A DNA stretch of 64,000 nt, taken from assembly GCA_963665125.2 (NCBI GenBank), contig CAXXUK010000001.1, positions 704,001 through 768,000 on the forward strand, given 5' to 3'. The DNA comes from an uncultured Desulfarculus sp. (GTDB lineage: Bacteria; Desulfobacterota; Desulfarculia; Desulfarculales; Desulfarculaceae). Positions 40,024 to 47,856 of the stretch are shown piece after piece (position 1 is the stretch's first letter; each line of letters begins with the position of its first letter). The notes under the pieces are model-generated. The model did not search any database, was not told where the DNA came from, and worked only from the letters and a program-made list of their open reading frames with translations. Made by a program: the position numbers and the translations under genes.

Positions 40024-41244
40024 TCACGATGATTTCAGCGATACCCGCAGTTCTATTGCTTTTCCGCCGCGCTCGATTTTCAGCAGATGCCCGGCGTCCG
40101 GCTTATGTTTGACGGCGTTGTGAATGTCCTTTACGTTGGTTAGCTTGTTGCCGTTTAGTTCCAGCAATATATCATCTTTTTTCACCCCTGCGGAATCCGC
40201 GACCGACCCAGGCACCACGGCCTTGACCAGAAGCCCTTTGTCCGTGGGTTCCAAAATGACGCCCAAACGGGGCGGCCTGGGTGGTTCGGGAGTGGAAACA
40301 ATCAATATATCGGCAGGTTTGGCTATAAACATTAAATCTGATTGTATGATAGCGCCCGGTTCTATTGGAACAACTGACAAAACCGGCGTGCCGGGCAGAC
40401 GGCGGGCCAGTCTGGGCGGCACGCCCCTGCCGTGGGTCATGTGGCCCAGGCCCGTAAAGACGACGCCCGCCTTGCCGCTGTCGGGCCAGGGGCTCATGGC
40501 CAGGGCCATGTTATGGGCCATGGTTTCATCCCGGGCAACCTGGGCGGCAAAGAAGTTGTCCAGCACTCCGCTGCCCATCTGGGCGTGCATGGGCAATTGC
40601 CGGGCGATTTGCTTTTTGTAGTCCGGGTCGTCCAGGTCCATGTCCGGCGCAATCTCTTGGCGCTGGGCCTTACTCAACGAAGACAGTCCGTTGCGGCCGA
40701 TTTGACGGATGACACCGGCCGGTGCGTTCAGGGGAACCAGGATGTAGCCGTTTTGCCGCACCTGGTCCAGTACCGGCAGGAACAGCTCCAGGGGATAGCC
40801 CCAATTTTTTCCCCAATCAACTTTCTGGGCGAACTGCGCGGTGCTGATTTGGCCCTTGGACAACTCGTCGCAGGCTGCCGAATGGCTGGTGTCCAGCCAC
40901 TCTATGCCTACGACCACCTTTTGCGGGTTATGGCCTTTGGCTAGCCATTTCAGAATGTTGGCCTGTATTTGGTGGTGTCCGGGATGGCGGTGGCTTTCGC
41001 CCACTATAACCAGCCGTGATTGGGCGACCAGCCGCTCGAGTTGGTCCTGATCAACGGATTCGCCTGAGGGTAAAACAAACGCCTGGCCCGGAACGGCGCC
41101 GGACTTTTCGGTTGGTTGAATTGTGGCGCAGCCGGCCAAGGCCAGTAATAGAGCCGGTGCAATAATTTTCACCAGGATGTGCAAGTAGGGCCGCTCCTTG
41201 TGGCGCTCTTTATTGACCACAATAATAGCACATGCACAGTGCAA
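40024..41244 (-). CDS. ChaN (DUF399)-like lipoprotein with C-terminal PDZ domain (start uncertain)
   Basis: Lipobox LAGC, VGESH..HHQIQ, AQVARDETMA, G.GH; PDZ (RLGVIL..VVPGSVADSAGVKKDDIL). Confidence 0.78.
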   Translation of the reverse strand: MHCACAIIVVNKERHKERPYLHILVKIIAPALLLALAGCATIQPTEKSGAVPGQAFVLPSGESVDQDQLERLVAQSRLVIVGESHRHPGHHQIQANILKWLAKGHNPQKVVVGIEWLDTSHSAACDELSKGQISTAQFAQKVDWGKNWGYPLELFLPVLDQVRQNGYILVPLNAPAGVIRQIGRNGLSSLSKAQRQEIAPDMDLDDPDYKKQIARQLPMHAQMGSGVLDNFFAAQVARDETMAHNMALAMSPWPDSGKAGVVFTGLGHMTHGRGVPPRLARRLPGTPVLSVVPIEPGAIIQSDLMFIAKPADILIVSTPEPPRPPRLGVILEPTDKGLLVKAVVPGSVADSAGVKKDDILLELNGNKLTNVKDIHNAVKHKPDAGHLLKIERGGKAIELRVSLKSS

Positions 41245-41378
41245 GGCAAAAGCAGATGTCCCGAAACTTCAACAAGGCCAAGGGGTTGGGTTGGTCGAAG
41301 TCCGGATTACCAAAAGGCCGGCCGCGCTGCGCACAATAATGTCACAGCCGCGGCACTTAGTCTCGTTTGGCCTGGCTA

Positions 41379-42743
41379 TCAATCAAGCTTGGGCGCCAGG
41401 GGTTGAGGCACGGCGGCCTGATCGTATCGCAGGGTTATATTGTCGCGGATCCAGTGCTCGTCCCACCATTCCGCCGGGTCCACGAACACTCCCTGAACCA
41501 GGGTCGAGAAATGCAGGTGATCGCCCAGGGCCAATCCTGTGGCACCGGAAAGGCCAAGCTCCTGACCCCTGTTCACCCGGTCGCCGGCCTTTACGACCAG
41601 TTGTGAAAGATGGCCGTAAAGACTGTAGAGGCCCATGCCGTGGTCCAGGAGTACGCAATTGCCGTAGATCCCCAGGCTGCCGGCAAAGCGAACCAACCCG
41701 TTCGCCGCGGCCGGGACGGGTGAATTGGCCGTATGGGCCAGATCGATCCCCAGGTGGGTTGCCTCGCTCTCCAAGGCGTCCTTGTAGTAATACGAACGGT
41801 GATCGCCGAATCCGGCCATGCGGCCGCCCATGGCCCGAAGCAGAGGTCCGTTCCAGAGCTGATACGGGCCGGGGTCGCCCATGGCGACCATTATCTTGTT
41901 GTCATCTGATTGGCGTAGCGTTTCATTGACCCACTTGAATACGGCCAAGGGCGTTTTCTGCCCTATGGGCGCCTGGGCGGCGAAGCGCTCGCTTATGGCT
42001 TCGAGGAAACCATCGGAGAGATTGATGCGTGAATGACGGAAGTTGCGCCAGCGCAGACGATGCCGCAATGAAGCCTCGGACTTGTTGCCCGCTACGTCGG
42101 TGGCCCACAGCTTGATTTTGGCTCCACGCTGGGCGCTGACGGGATAGGCGAAAAGGCAAGCCGCCATTTTGGGCTTTTCCGGCCAGGGATGGTAGCCGGT
42201 GAATACTTGGTCGTCCACTCTGACGCCGTGCCATGCCGAAGGTTCGCTGACCTCATAAACCGCCAGGGCGCTCCCGCCACGGTTGATGTAGATCATGCCG
42301 CCGGCCTGGCGCACTTCCGGCCGGATGGTGTCGATTTCCAGGGGAATGCTGAGCAGGGCGGTGTTGCCCGCTCCCCAGCCCCGGAAAGAGCTGTCAATTG
42401 CCTCGAAGACCAGGGCGGCCTGGCCCTGGGAAAAGCCCAAGGCCAGGGGCGAAACGGCTATCTCAAAGTTGGCTTCGCGGCTGTTGCCGCTGATGGTTTC
42501 TTCCAGCAGCGAGGCCTTTTTGTCGCCTTGCTTCAAATAGACCCGCACCAGGCGCAGGCCGTTGCCCTTGTCCACGGCTTTGAAGGTTATGGTGTTGCTC
42601 GTGCCCAGGGCGGCCGGGGGATTGTCGATGATGATTTCCGGCGGTTCGCCCTCGTAGAACGGGCTGAAATACAAGGCCGCAACCGCCACCGCGACGATTA
42701 GCACCAGGGAAATCAATAAAACCGGACGCAACTTCAAGGCCAT
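41379..42743 (-). CDS. M23 family metallopeptidase
   Basis: HLGIDLA, YGNCVLLDHG..LYGHLS, GDHLHF; N-terminal TM after MALKL. Confidence 0.9.
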   Translation of the reverse strand: MALKLRPVLLISLVLIVAVAVAALYFSPFYEGEPPEIIIDNPPAALGTSNTITFKAVDKGNGLRLVRVYLKQGDKKASLLEETISGNSREANFEIAVSPLALGFSQGQAALVFEAIDSSFRGWGAGNTALLSIPLEIDTIRPEVRQAGGMIYINRGGSALAVYEVSEPSAWHGVRVDDQVFTGYHPWPEKPKMAACLFAYPVSAQRGAKIKLWATDVAGNKSEASLRHRLRWRNFRHSRINLSDGFLEAISERFAAQAPIGQKTPLAVFKWVNETLRQSDDNKIMVAMGDPGPYQLWNGPLLRAMGGRMAGFGDHRSYYYKDALESEATHLGIDLAHTANSPVPAAANGLVRFAGSLGIYGNCVLLDHGMGLYSLYGHLSQLVVKAGDRVNRGQELGLSGATGLALGDHLHFSTLVQGVFVDPAEWWDEHWIRDNITLRYDQAAVPQPLAPKLD

Positions 42744-42963
42744 GAAAGCAAGCTCCTTTTTTGTCTTGTGAGGGCCAACTCGCCTCAGGTTATGGCAGGG
42801 CGCGGTGACTGTCAACAAATCCTGCCAAGTTGCCTGCTTTAAAGGCGGGTGGTAGCCTATTGTTGCATGAATGCAACGGATCGCGGTTGCCGGGCGCCTG
42901 TGGTTAAGCGGCTGGGGCGTTGGTTCGACGGATTGAATCTCAAAATATTCTTCTTGCGGCGGT

Positions 42964-43509
42964 ATGGCGATGATAGCAGCTCTCGGTGATCTCAAACCAA
43001 AGGTTGACGAGTCGGCGTTCGTGGCGGAATCGGCCCTGGTGGCCGGTGACGTGGAGGTGGCCGCCCAGGCCAACATCTGGTACGGCTGCGTCATCCGGGG
43101 CGACGTTGGCACTGTCCGTGTCGGCGCGCGCAGCAACATTCAGGACATGAGCGTGTTGCACGTATCCCGTGGCGGTCCTCCCTGCGTGGTTGGCGATGAC
43201 GTGTTGGTGGGTCACCGGGCGGTGCTGCACGGTTGCACCGTTAAAGACGGCGCTTTCATAGGCATCGGGGCCATTGTTCTCGACGGCGCGGTGATCGGCA
43301 AAAATGCCATGGTCGGAGCGGGCAGCCTGGTGCCGCCGGGCATGGAGGTGCCGCCGGGCGTGTTGGTCATGGGATCGCCGGCCAAGGTCCGCCGCGATCT
43401 CACTGAAAAAGATATGGAGCGCAACTCCAACCAGGTCCGCAGATACCTGGAGACCGCGGAGCAGCATGCCAGACTGTGGAAACAGCCCGAGGGGGTGCGC
43501 AAGCCATGA
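42964..43509 (+). CDS. Gamma carbonic anhydrase family protein (YrdA/PaaY-like)
   Basis: Hexapeptide repeats; RGD, SNIQD..LH, VGH.AVLHGC, GSPAK. Confidence 0.92.
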   Translation: MAMIAALGDLKPKVDESAFVAESALVAGDVEVAAQANIWYGCVIRGDVGTVRVGARSNIQDMSVLHVSRGGPPCVVGDDVLVGHRAVLHGCTVKDGAFIGIGAIVLDGAVIGKNAMVGAGSLVPPGMEVPPGVLVMGSPAKVRRDLTEKDMERNSNQVRRYLETAEQHARLWKQPEGVRKP

Positions 43510-44615
43510 GCCGGCCAGCCTCCGCCGTTATAACCGACAGATTGTCCGAGCAGGTGCAGCAAAACTGCCGCAAGGCCGACGCCGCCGTGGCGGGCCGCTT
43601 TGCCCTGTGCGGCCTGCTTCTCAGGCTGCGCAATCTCTACAAATGGGAGCACGGCATCGACCCCTGGCAGGAGCAGGACCCCGGCCTGGTGCTGGAATGG
43701 GTCAGCCAGCGGGAGGAGGCCTGGGACGCCATTGACGATCTGACGCCCGCGCCCCTGGAGATCGACGGCAAGGAATATGACCCCTTTGACACCGAGGCCG
43801 TGAACGCCATTGTCGAGCCGTTGGGGCTGCTCTACGGCGCCGGCCGGGTGGGGGGTATGCTGCCGGTGTTTTTCCTTGGCCAATTGGAGCGGCGCTGGGG
43901 CCGCGACGGCCTGGATGTGCATCTGATCGGCGATGAACTGTGCGCCGACTTGTTTTTTCTGCCCGGCCTGCGCCAGGACAGCGCCGTATATCTGCGGCGG
44001 CAGCCCCTGGGCTATCTGGTCTGGGACCTTATCGCCGACCCTAGGCGGTCCCAGCAACGTTATGTTCGCTTCGGCCTGGAGGGTTACGGCGTCAGCTACA
44101 AAAAACTGCTGGAAAATCCCGCCTGGGATGCCTTGGGCCCGGTGCTGGAGGGCGAGTTGCAGGCCGTGCTGTGGCACGAGATAGGCGAATCCACCAGCGG
44201 CGAACAGGCCATGGATTTATTGAGACGCACCGCAGTGGAACACTCGGGCAGCGAACTGGAGCATTTCGTGCGCGGGGTCAAAGACCTGTTGGCAGACACC
44301 GGGCCCAGCGGCAGGCTGGCCCAGATCGCCGCCCATCAAAGCCGGGGCGCCCTGGGGTTTTATCCGGCCTGGCTGCACGGTTTCCCCAGGCTGATGTTTC
44401 CGGAAATAGACGCCGCGGTCATGGAGTTCATGAGAAGCGGCGACTGGGACGTCATCGAGCAGGTCCGCAACCTGGGCTGGGACAGGGCCCAGCAGGCCAT
44501 AAAGGGCCTCGGCGAGATTTTGGAAAACCACCAGGGCGAAGAGGCCCGGGAATTGGCCAAAAATCAAGTCATCGGCCCGCTGACGGGATTCCGTCAGCTG
44601 CCGGACGACTCTTGA
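43506..44615 (+). CDS. Conserved hypothetical protein, Sfum_1244-like
   Basis: VQQNC..ADA..AG.FALCGLLLRLRNLYKWEHG and HEIGE motifs recalled for this family; ATGA overlap with the upstream gene. Confidence 0.7.
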   Translation: MSRPASAVITDRLSEQVQQNCRKADAAVAGRFALCGLLLRLRNLYKWEHGIDPWQEQDPGLVLEWVSQREEAWDAIDDLTPAPLEIDGKEYDPFDTEAVNAIVEPLGLLYGAGRVGGMLPVFFLGQLERRWGRDGLDVHLIGDELCADLFFLPGLRQDSAVYLRRQPLGYLVWDLIADPRRSQQRYVRFGLEGYGVSYKKLLENPAWDALGPVLEGELQAVLWHEIGESTSGEQAMDLLRRTAVEHSGSELEHFVRGVKDLLADTGPSGRLAQIAAHQSRGALGFYPAWLHGFPRLMFPEIDAAVMEFMRSGDWDVIEQVRNLGWDRAQQAIKGLGEILENHQGEEARELAKNQVIGPLTGFRQLPDDS

Positions 44616-44644
44616 TATGGCACGCGAATGGATTTTGGCTGTTG

Positions 44645-44863
44645 CTACTTGAGCCGGTAGGTGATCAGGCCATGGGTGAGGTCATAGGGCGAAACGCTGA
44701 TGCGGACGCGGTCTCCCACCAGGACCTTGATTTTGAACCTTTTCATGCGTCCGGAGAGAACGGCCCGCAGGGTGTGACCCTGTTCGGTTTCAACCTCCAT
44801 TTGGCCACCGCCCAGGGTGCGGGTGACAACGCCTTCGAGATGGATTAGATCGTCACGACTCAA
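44645..44863 (-). CDS. infA: Translation initiation factor IF-1
   Basis: 72 aa; LEGVV..SGRMK..IKVLVGDRV..SPYDL.HG.ITYR. Confidence 0.95.
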   Translation of the reverse strand: MSRDDLIHLEGVVTRTLGGGQMEVETEQGHTLRAVLSGRMKRFKIKVLVGDRVRISVSPYDLTHGLITYRLK

Positions 44864-45092
44864 ATTATATTCCTATTCGGTTGGTATCTGTTGCGCGCCC
44901 GGCATGGCCAGGCAATACTTCTCACCGCCGCTCCCGGCAGCCAGGATAATATGACATGCCAACTGGTGGCAGTCAAGTGCGGGCGGTAAAGGAAAGGCCT
45001 TGCCAAACTATGGAGCAGCCGGTATATTTCTCCAGTTCGAAAGGCTATTACCGCCCGGTTGTAGGGCGTTTCGTTTTGCGGAGGATATTAAA

Positions 45093-45284
45093 ATGAGCCA
45101 GGTTTGCCACTTTTGCGGCAAGAAACCCCAGGTAGGCTTCAACATCAGCCACGCCCACAACAAGACCAAGCGCCGGTTCAATCCCAACCTGCAGCGCGTG
45201 CGTCACGTTGAAAACGGCACCACCAAGCGCATCACGGTCTGCACCCGCTGCCTGCGCTCGGGCAAAGTGGTCAAGCCCGCCTAG
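45093..45284 (+). CDS. rpmB: 50S ribosomal protein L28
   Basis: [53 protein letters not shown]. Confidence 0.96.
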   Translation: MSQVCHFCGKKPQVGFNISHAHNKTKRRFNPNLQRVRHVENGTTKRITVCTRCLRSGKVVKPA

Positions 45285-45327
45285 GCAAAACTGCCGCCCG
45301 ATACTCCGGCCTTTTCAGGGGCTGGTG

Positions 45328-45364
45328 AACAAAAGGGACGCTTATCAAAGCGCCCCTTTTTGTT
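45328..45364. terminator. Probable bidirectional terminator between rpmB and the TrpD-like gene
   Basis: AACAAAAGGGACGCTT..AAGCGCCCCTTTTTGTT hairpin with A and T tails. Confidence 0.65.
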
Positions 45365-45392
45365 GTTCCCAAATCCATTAAGACCAGAAGAA

Positions 45393-46526
45393 TCAGGCCG
45401 CCTGGGCCAAAAGACCGTCCAGTGCCGCTTCGGCGGCCGAGGCATCCCTGCTCTGGGTGGTCACCAGGCTGCGCAGCTTTTCCAGGGTCTTGCCCTCGGC
45501 GATGGCCTGCCTGGCCATGTCCACGCCCTGGGGTAGGCTTGCCGCGTGGCCGGTGAGCTTCAGGACAGCCGCCGCGTTGGCCGCCAGAAAATCGGCCAGC
45601 GGGCTGTCCTGAAGCCCGGCCAATACGGATATGGCGGCCAGGGCGTTGCCCCTGGCGTCGCCCTTGCTGGCAATTTGCTCGTATTTGTGGTTGCTCAGGC
45701 CGAAGTCGCCGGGCGTCAGGGTGTATTCGCGCAATTGGCCGCCCGACAGCTCGACGCAGTGGGTAGGGCCGCAGACCGACACCTCGTCGATGCCCTGGTC
45801 CTGGGGATGTTCGCTGCTGGTGCCGTACATGCACAGGGCCTTTTCCACGCCGATCTCCCGGCATATCTCGGCCATCATCCGGGCGAGGTCGCGGCGGTAG
45901 ACCCCCAGGACCATGGTCTTGGTGCTGGGGCAGGGCATGGTCAGCGGGCCGACGATGTTGAATATGGACGTAAAGCGCATGTGCTGGACCAGTCTGGCCC
46001 AGCCGGCCTTGAGAAAGCTCTCGCCGGGCAAATAGGCCAGGCCGTTTCGCTCCAGAGACCTTCCGGCCAGCTCCAGCGGCGCGGCAAGGTCCACCCCGAA
46101 CTGGGCAAAGACCTCGGAGGCCCCGGACACTCCGGTGACCCGCTGGGCCCCTTTCTTGGCCACATAGGGCCCGCAGGCCGCCACGATGACCGAAACCGGC
46201 GATGAGACGTTGACGGTCTTGAGGGCGTCGGAGCCCGTGCCCACGATATCCACCGGGGCCTCGGGCAGGTCCGGATCGATCAGGGCCGTGTCGTATTGGT
46301 GAATCGCATCCCAGCATCCGGCGATTTCGGCAACGGTCGGCCCCTTGGCGATATGGGCGGCCAGAAACGCGCCCTGCTGCAAGTCCGGCTGTTCGCTCAG
46401 CAGGATTTGGCGGTAGCATTCCCGTGATGATTCGCGGCCGATGTCCCGGCCCTGGCCCAATTGGCCGATGATCCGGCCAAACTCTTGCATCTTGTTTTCT
46501 TCAAACATGGTTATCCGCTCCGTCAT
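45393..46526 (-). CDS. Divergent anthranilate phosphoribosyltransferase-like (TrpD/glycosyltransferase family 3) protein
   Basis: N-terminal helical domain (QQGAFL..KGPTVAEIAG), DIVGTGSD..TVNVSS, KKGA..SGASEV, SIFNIVGPL, GIDEVS, NAAAVL; no other trp genes nearby. Confidence 0.85.
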   Translation of the reverse strand: MTERITMFEENKMQEFGRIIGQLGQGRDIGRESSRECYRQILLSEQPDLQQGAFLAAHIAKGPTVAEIAGCWDAIHQYDTALIDPDLPEAPVDIVGTGSDALKTVNVSSPVSVIVAACGPYVAKKGAQRVTGVSGASEVFAQFGVDLAAPLELAGRSLERNGLAYLPGESFLKAGWARLVQHMRFTSIFNIVGPLTMPCPSTKTMVLGVYRRDLARMMAEICREIGVEKALCMYGTSSEHPQDQGIDEVSVCGPTHCVELSGGQLREYTLTPGDFGLSNHKYEQIASKGDARGNALAAISVLAGLQDSPLADFLAANAAAVLKLTGHAASLPQGVDMARQAIAEGKTLEKLRSLVTTQSRDASAAEAALDGLLAQAA

Positions 46527-47536
46527 GGTTTGACGACTACTTTAAGGGTGTCTTTGCTTTCGGCCGCCTCCAGGCCCTTGACCGCCTCGGACAGGGGCAG
46601 GGTGCGGCTTATCAACGAGGACGCGTACTTGCGGTTTTGGTCCAGGATGTCGATGGCCCTGTTGTTTTGGGCGGCGGTGCAGCCGAACGCCCCACAAAGG
46701 GCCAACTCCTTGTAATGGACTTGATTCAAATCAATGGCATGGGTCTGGCGCAGGCCCGAGAACAGCACCAGCGAGCCGCCGGGCCCCAGGACCTGCACGG
46801 CCCAGTCCAGGGCCTCGGGCGAAGGCGTGGCCGGGATGACCACGTCGGCGGGTCCGCCCAGCAGGTCCATGGCCGCCGACGGGTCCAGGCTTTCTGCCAC
46901 ATGCAGGCCGCCAAAGGGCAGACCCTCCAGGCGGGCGGCATCGGCCTCTATGGCCAGCACCCGCCCGGCCCAGCAATGGGCCGCCGCCAGCATGGCCAAA
47001 CGGCCGACCACGCCCGCACCGAACACCGCGACCCGCTGGCCCGGCTCGAAACGGGCCGCCTCCAGGGCGTTGAGGCCGCAGGCCAGCGGCTCGGTCAGGG
47101 TGGCCGTGGCAGGGTCCAGACCATCCGGCACAAGACTTACGCCCCCGGACCGGACAATACCGGCCGGTACGGCCATGAACCGGGCCATGCCACCATCGGT
47201 GGAGAAGCCCAGCACGCCAATGGCCGGGCAACGGTTTTCATGGCCCGACAGACAGGCTGGGCATTTTCCGCAGGGATCGCCGGGGGCTATCTGGACCAGT
47301 GAACCCACGGGCGGCGCTTGATGCCCCGCCTTGGATTCGATGATCCGTCCCGCCACTTCATGGCCCAGGATCCGGGGCAAAACCAGTTCCTTGTGCCCCA
47401 GACGCCACATCTTGACGTCGGAGGCGCAGATGCCGCAGGCCGCCACTTCAATGAGCAGGCCGCCTTCCGGGCATTTCGCGTCCGTGGTGTGATCCACCAA
47501 TATTTCACCGGGTTGTATAAGCTTTGCCGCCAGCAT
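46523..47536 (-). CDS. Zn-dependent medium-chain dehydrogenase (threonine/sorbitol dehydrogenase-like)
   Basis: Catalytic Zn ligands CGICASD, GHE and EPLAC; structural Zn CGKCPAC..NRC; Rossmann GAGVVG with acidic IEAD; true start ATG 47536 (MLAAKL). Confidence 0.9.
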   Translation of the reverse strand: MLAAKLIQPGEILVDHTTDAKCPEGGLLIEVAACGICASDVKMWRLGHKELVLPRILGHEVAGRIIESKAGHQAPPVGSLVQIAPGDPCGKCPACLSGHENRCPAIGVLGFSTDGGMARFMAVPAGIVRSGGVSLVPDGLDPATATLTEPLACGLNALEAARFEPGQRVAVFGAGVVGRLAMLAAAHCWAGRVLAIEADAARLEGLPFGGLHVAESLDPSAAMDLLGGPADVVIPATPSPEALDWAVQVLGPGGSLVLFSGLRQTHAIDLNQVHYKELALCGAFGCTAAQNNRAIDILDQNRKYASSLISRTLPLSEAVKGLEAAESKDTLKVVVKP

Positions 47537-47555
47537 TGGTGCATGCCCCCAAAAT

Positions 47556-47590
47556 AAAAAAAGCCTCCCGTCCACAATCGGACGGGAGGC
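47556..47590 (-). terminator. Intrinsic terminator, riboswitch expression platform
   Basis: Minus strand GCCTCCCGTCC-GATTGT-GGACGGGAGGC followed by a T7 run, about 20 nt before the dehydrogenase start. Confidence 0.88.
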
Positions 47591-47637
47591 GCTTTTACCA
47601 TTGGCTCCCCATATTGTCCGGGCCGCGGCCCGGCATC

Positions 47638-47791
47638 GGCTGTGCTGGTTCGTCTTCTGGCTTCCGGTTGATGCCTCTTTCCCGCCTTCCCACAACACTT
47701 GAGGTGTCGCAGTGGCCTTTGGGAAATCGTCACCGGTTACAGCGGCGGGACCGCCACGGATTCGCACCGTGTTCCGTTAACCATCACAGCC
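47638..47791 (-). ncRNA. Cobalamin (B12) riboswitch
   Basis: Minus strand: GGCTGTGATGGTT-AACGGAA-CACGGTGCGAATCCGTG-GCGGTCCCGC-CGCTGTAA..GCCACTG..GGGAAGGC..AGCCAGAAGAC (B12 box)-GAACCAGCACAGCC. The ends pair as a closing helix. Confidence 0.93.
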
Positions 47792-47809
47792 CAAACGTAT
47801 TTTGGCGCA

Positions 47810-47838
47810 ATCATAAGCTCAAGTGTTTGATGTGTCAA
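47810..47838 (-). promoter_or_regulatory. Sigma70 promoter of the riboswitch operon
   Basis: TTGACA (47838-47833), 17-nt spacer, TATGAT (47815-47810), just upstream of the aptamer. Confidence 0.85.
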
Positions 47839-47856
47839 GGTGCGGGTGCGGTGTGT

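Noticed and set aside
45393..46526. Naming this gene trpD
   Set aside because: It is under a B12 riboswitch, has no trp context and has altered acceptor motifs, so the symbol was withheld.
47537..47767. 77-aa N-terminal extension of the dehydrogenase in the ORF track (start 47767)
   Set aside because: It runs through the riboswitch aptamer and terminator; the MDR fold starts at ATG 47536.
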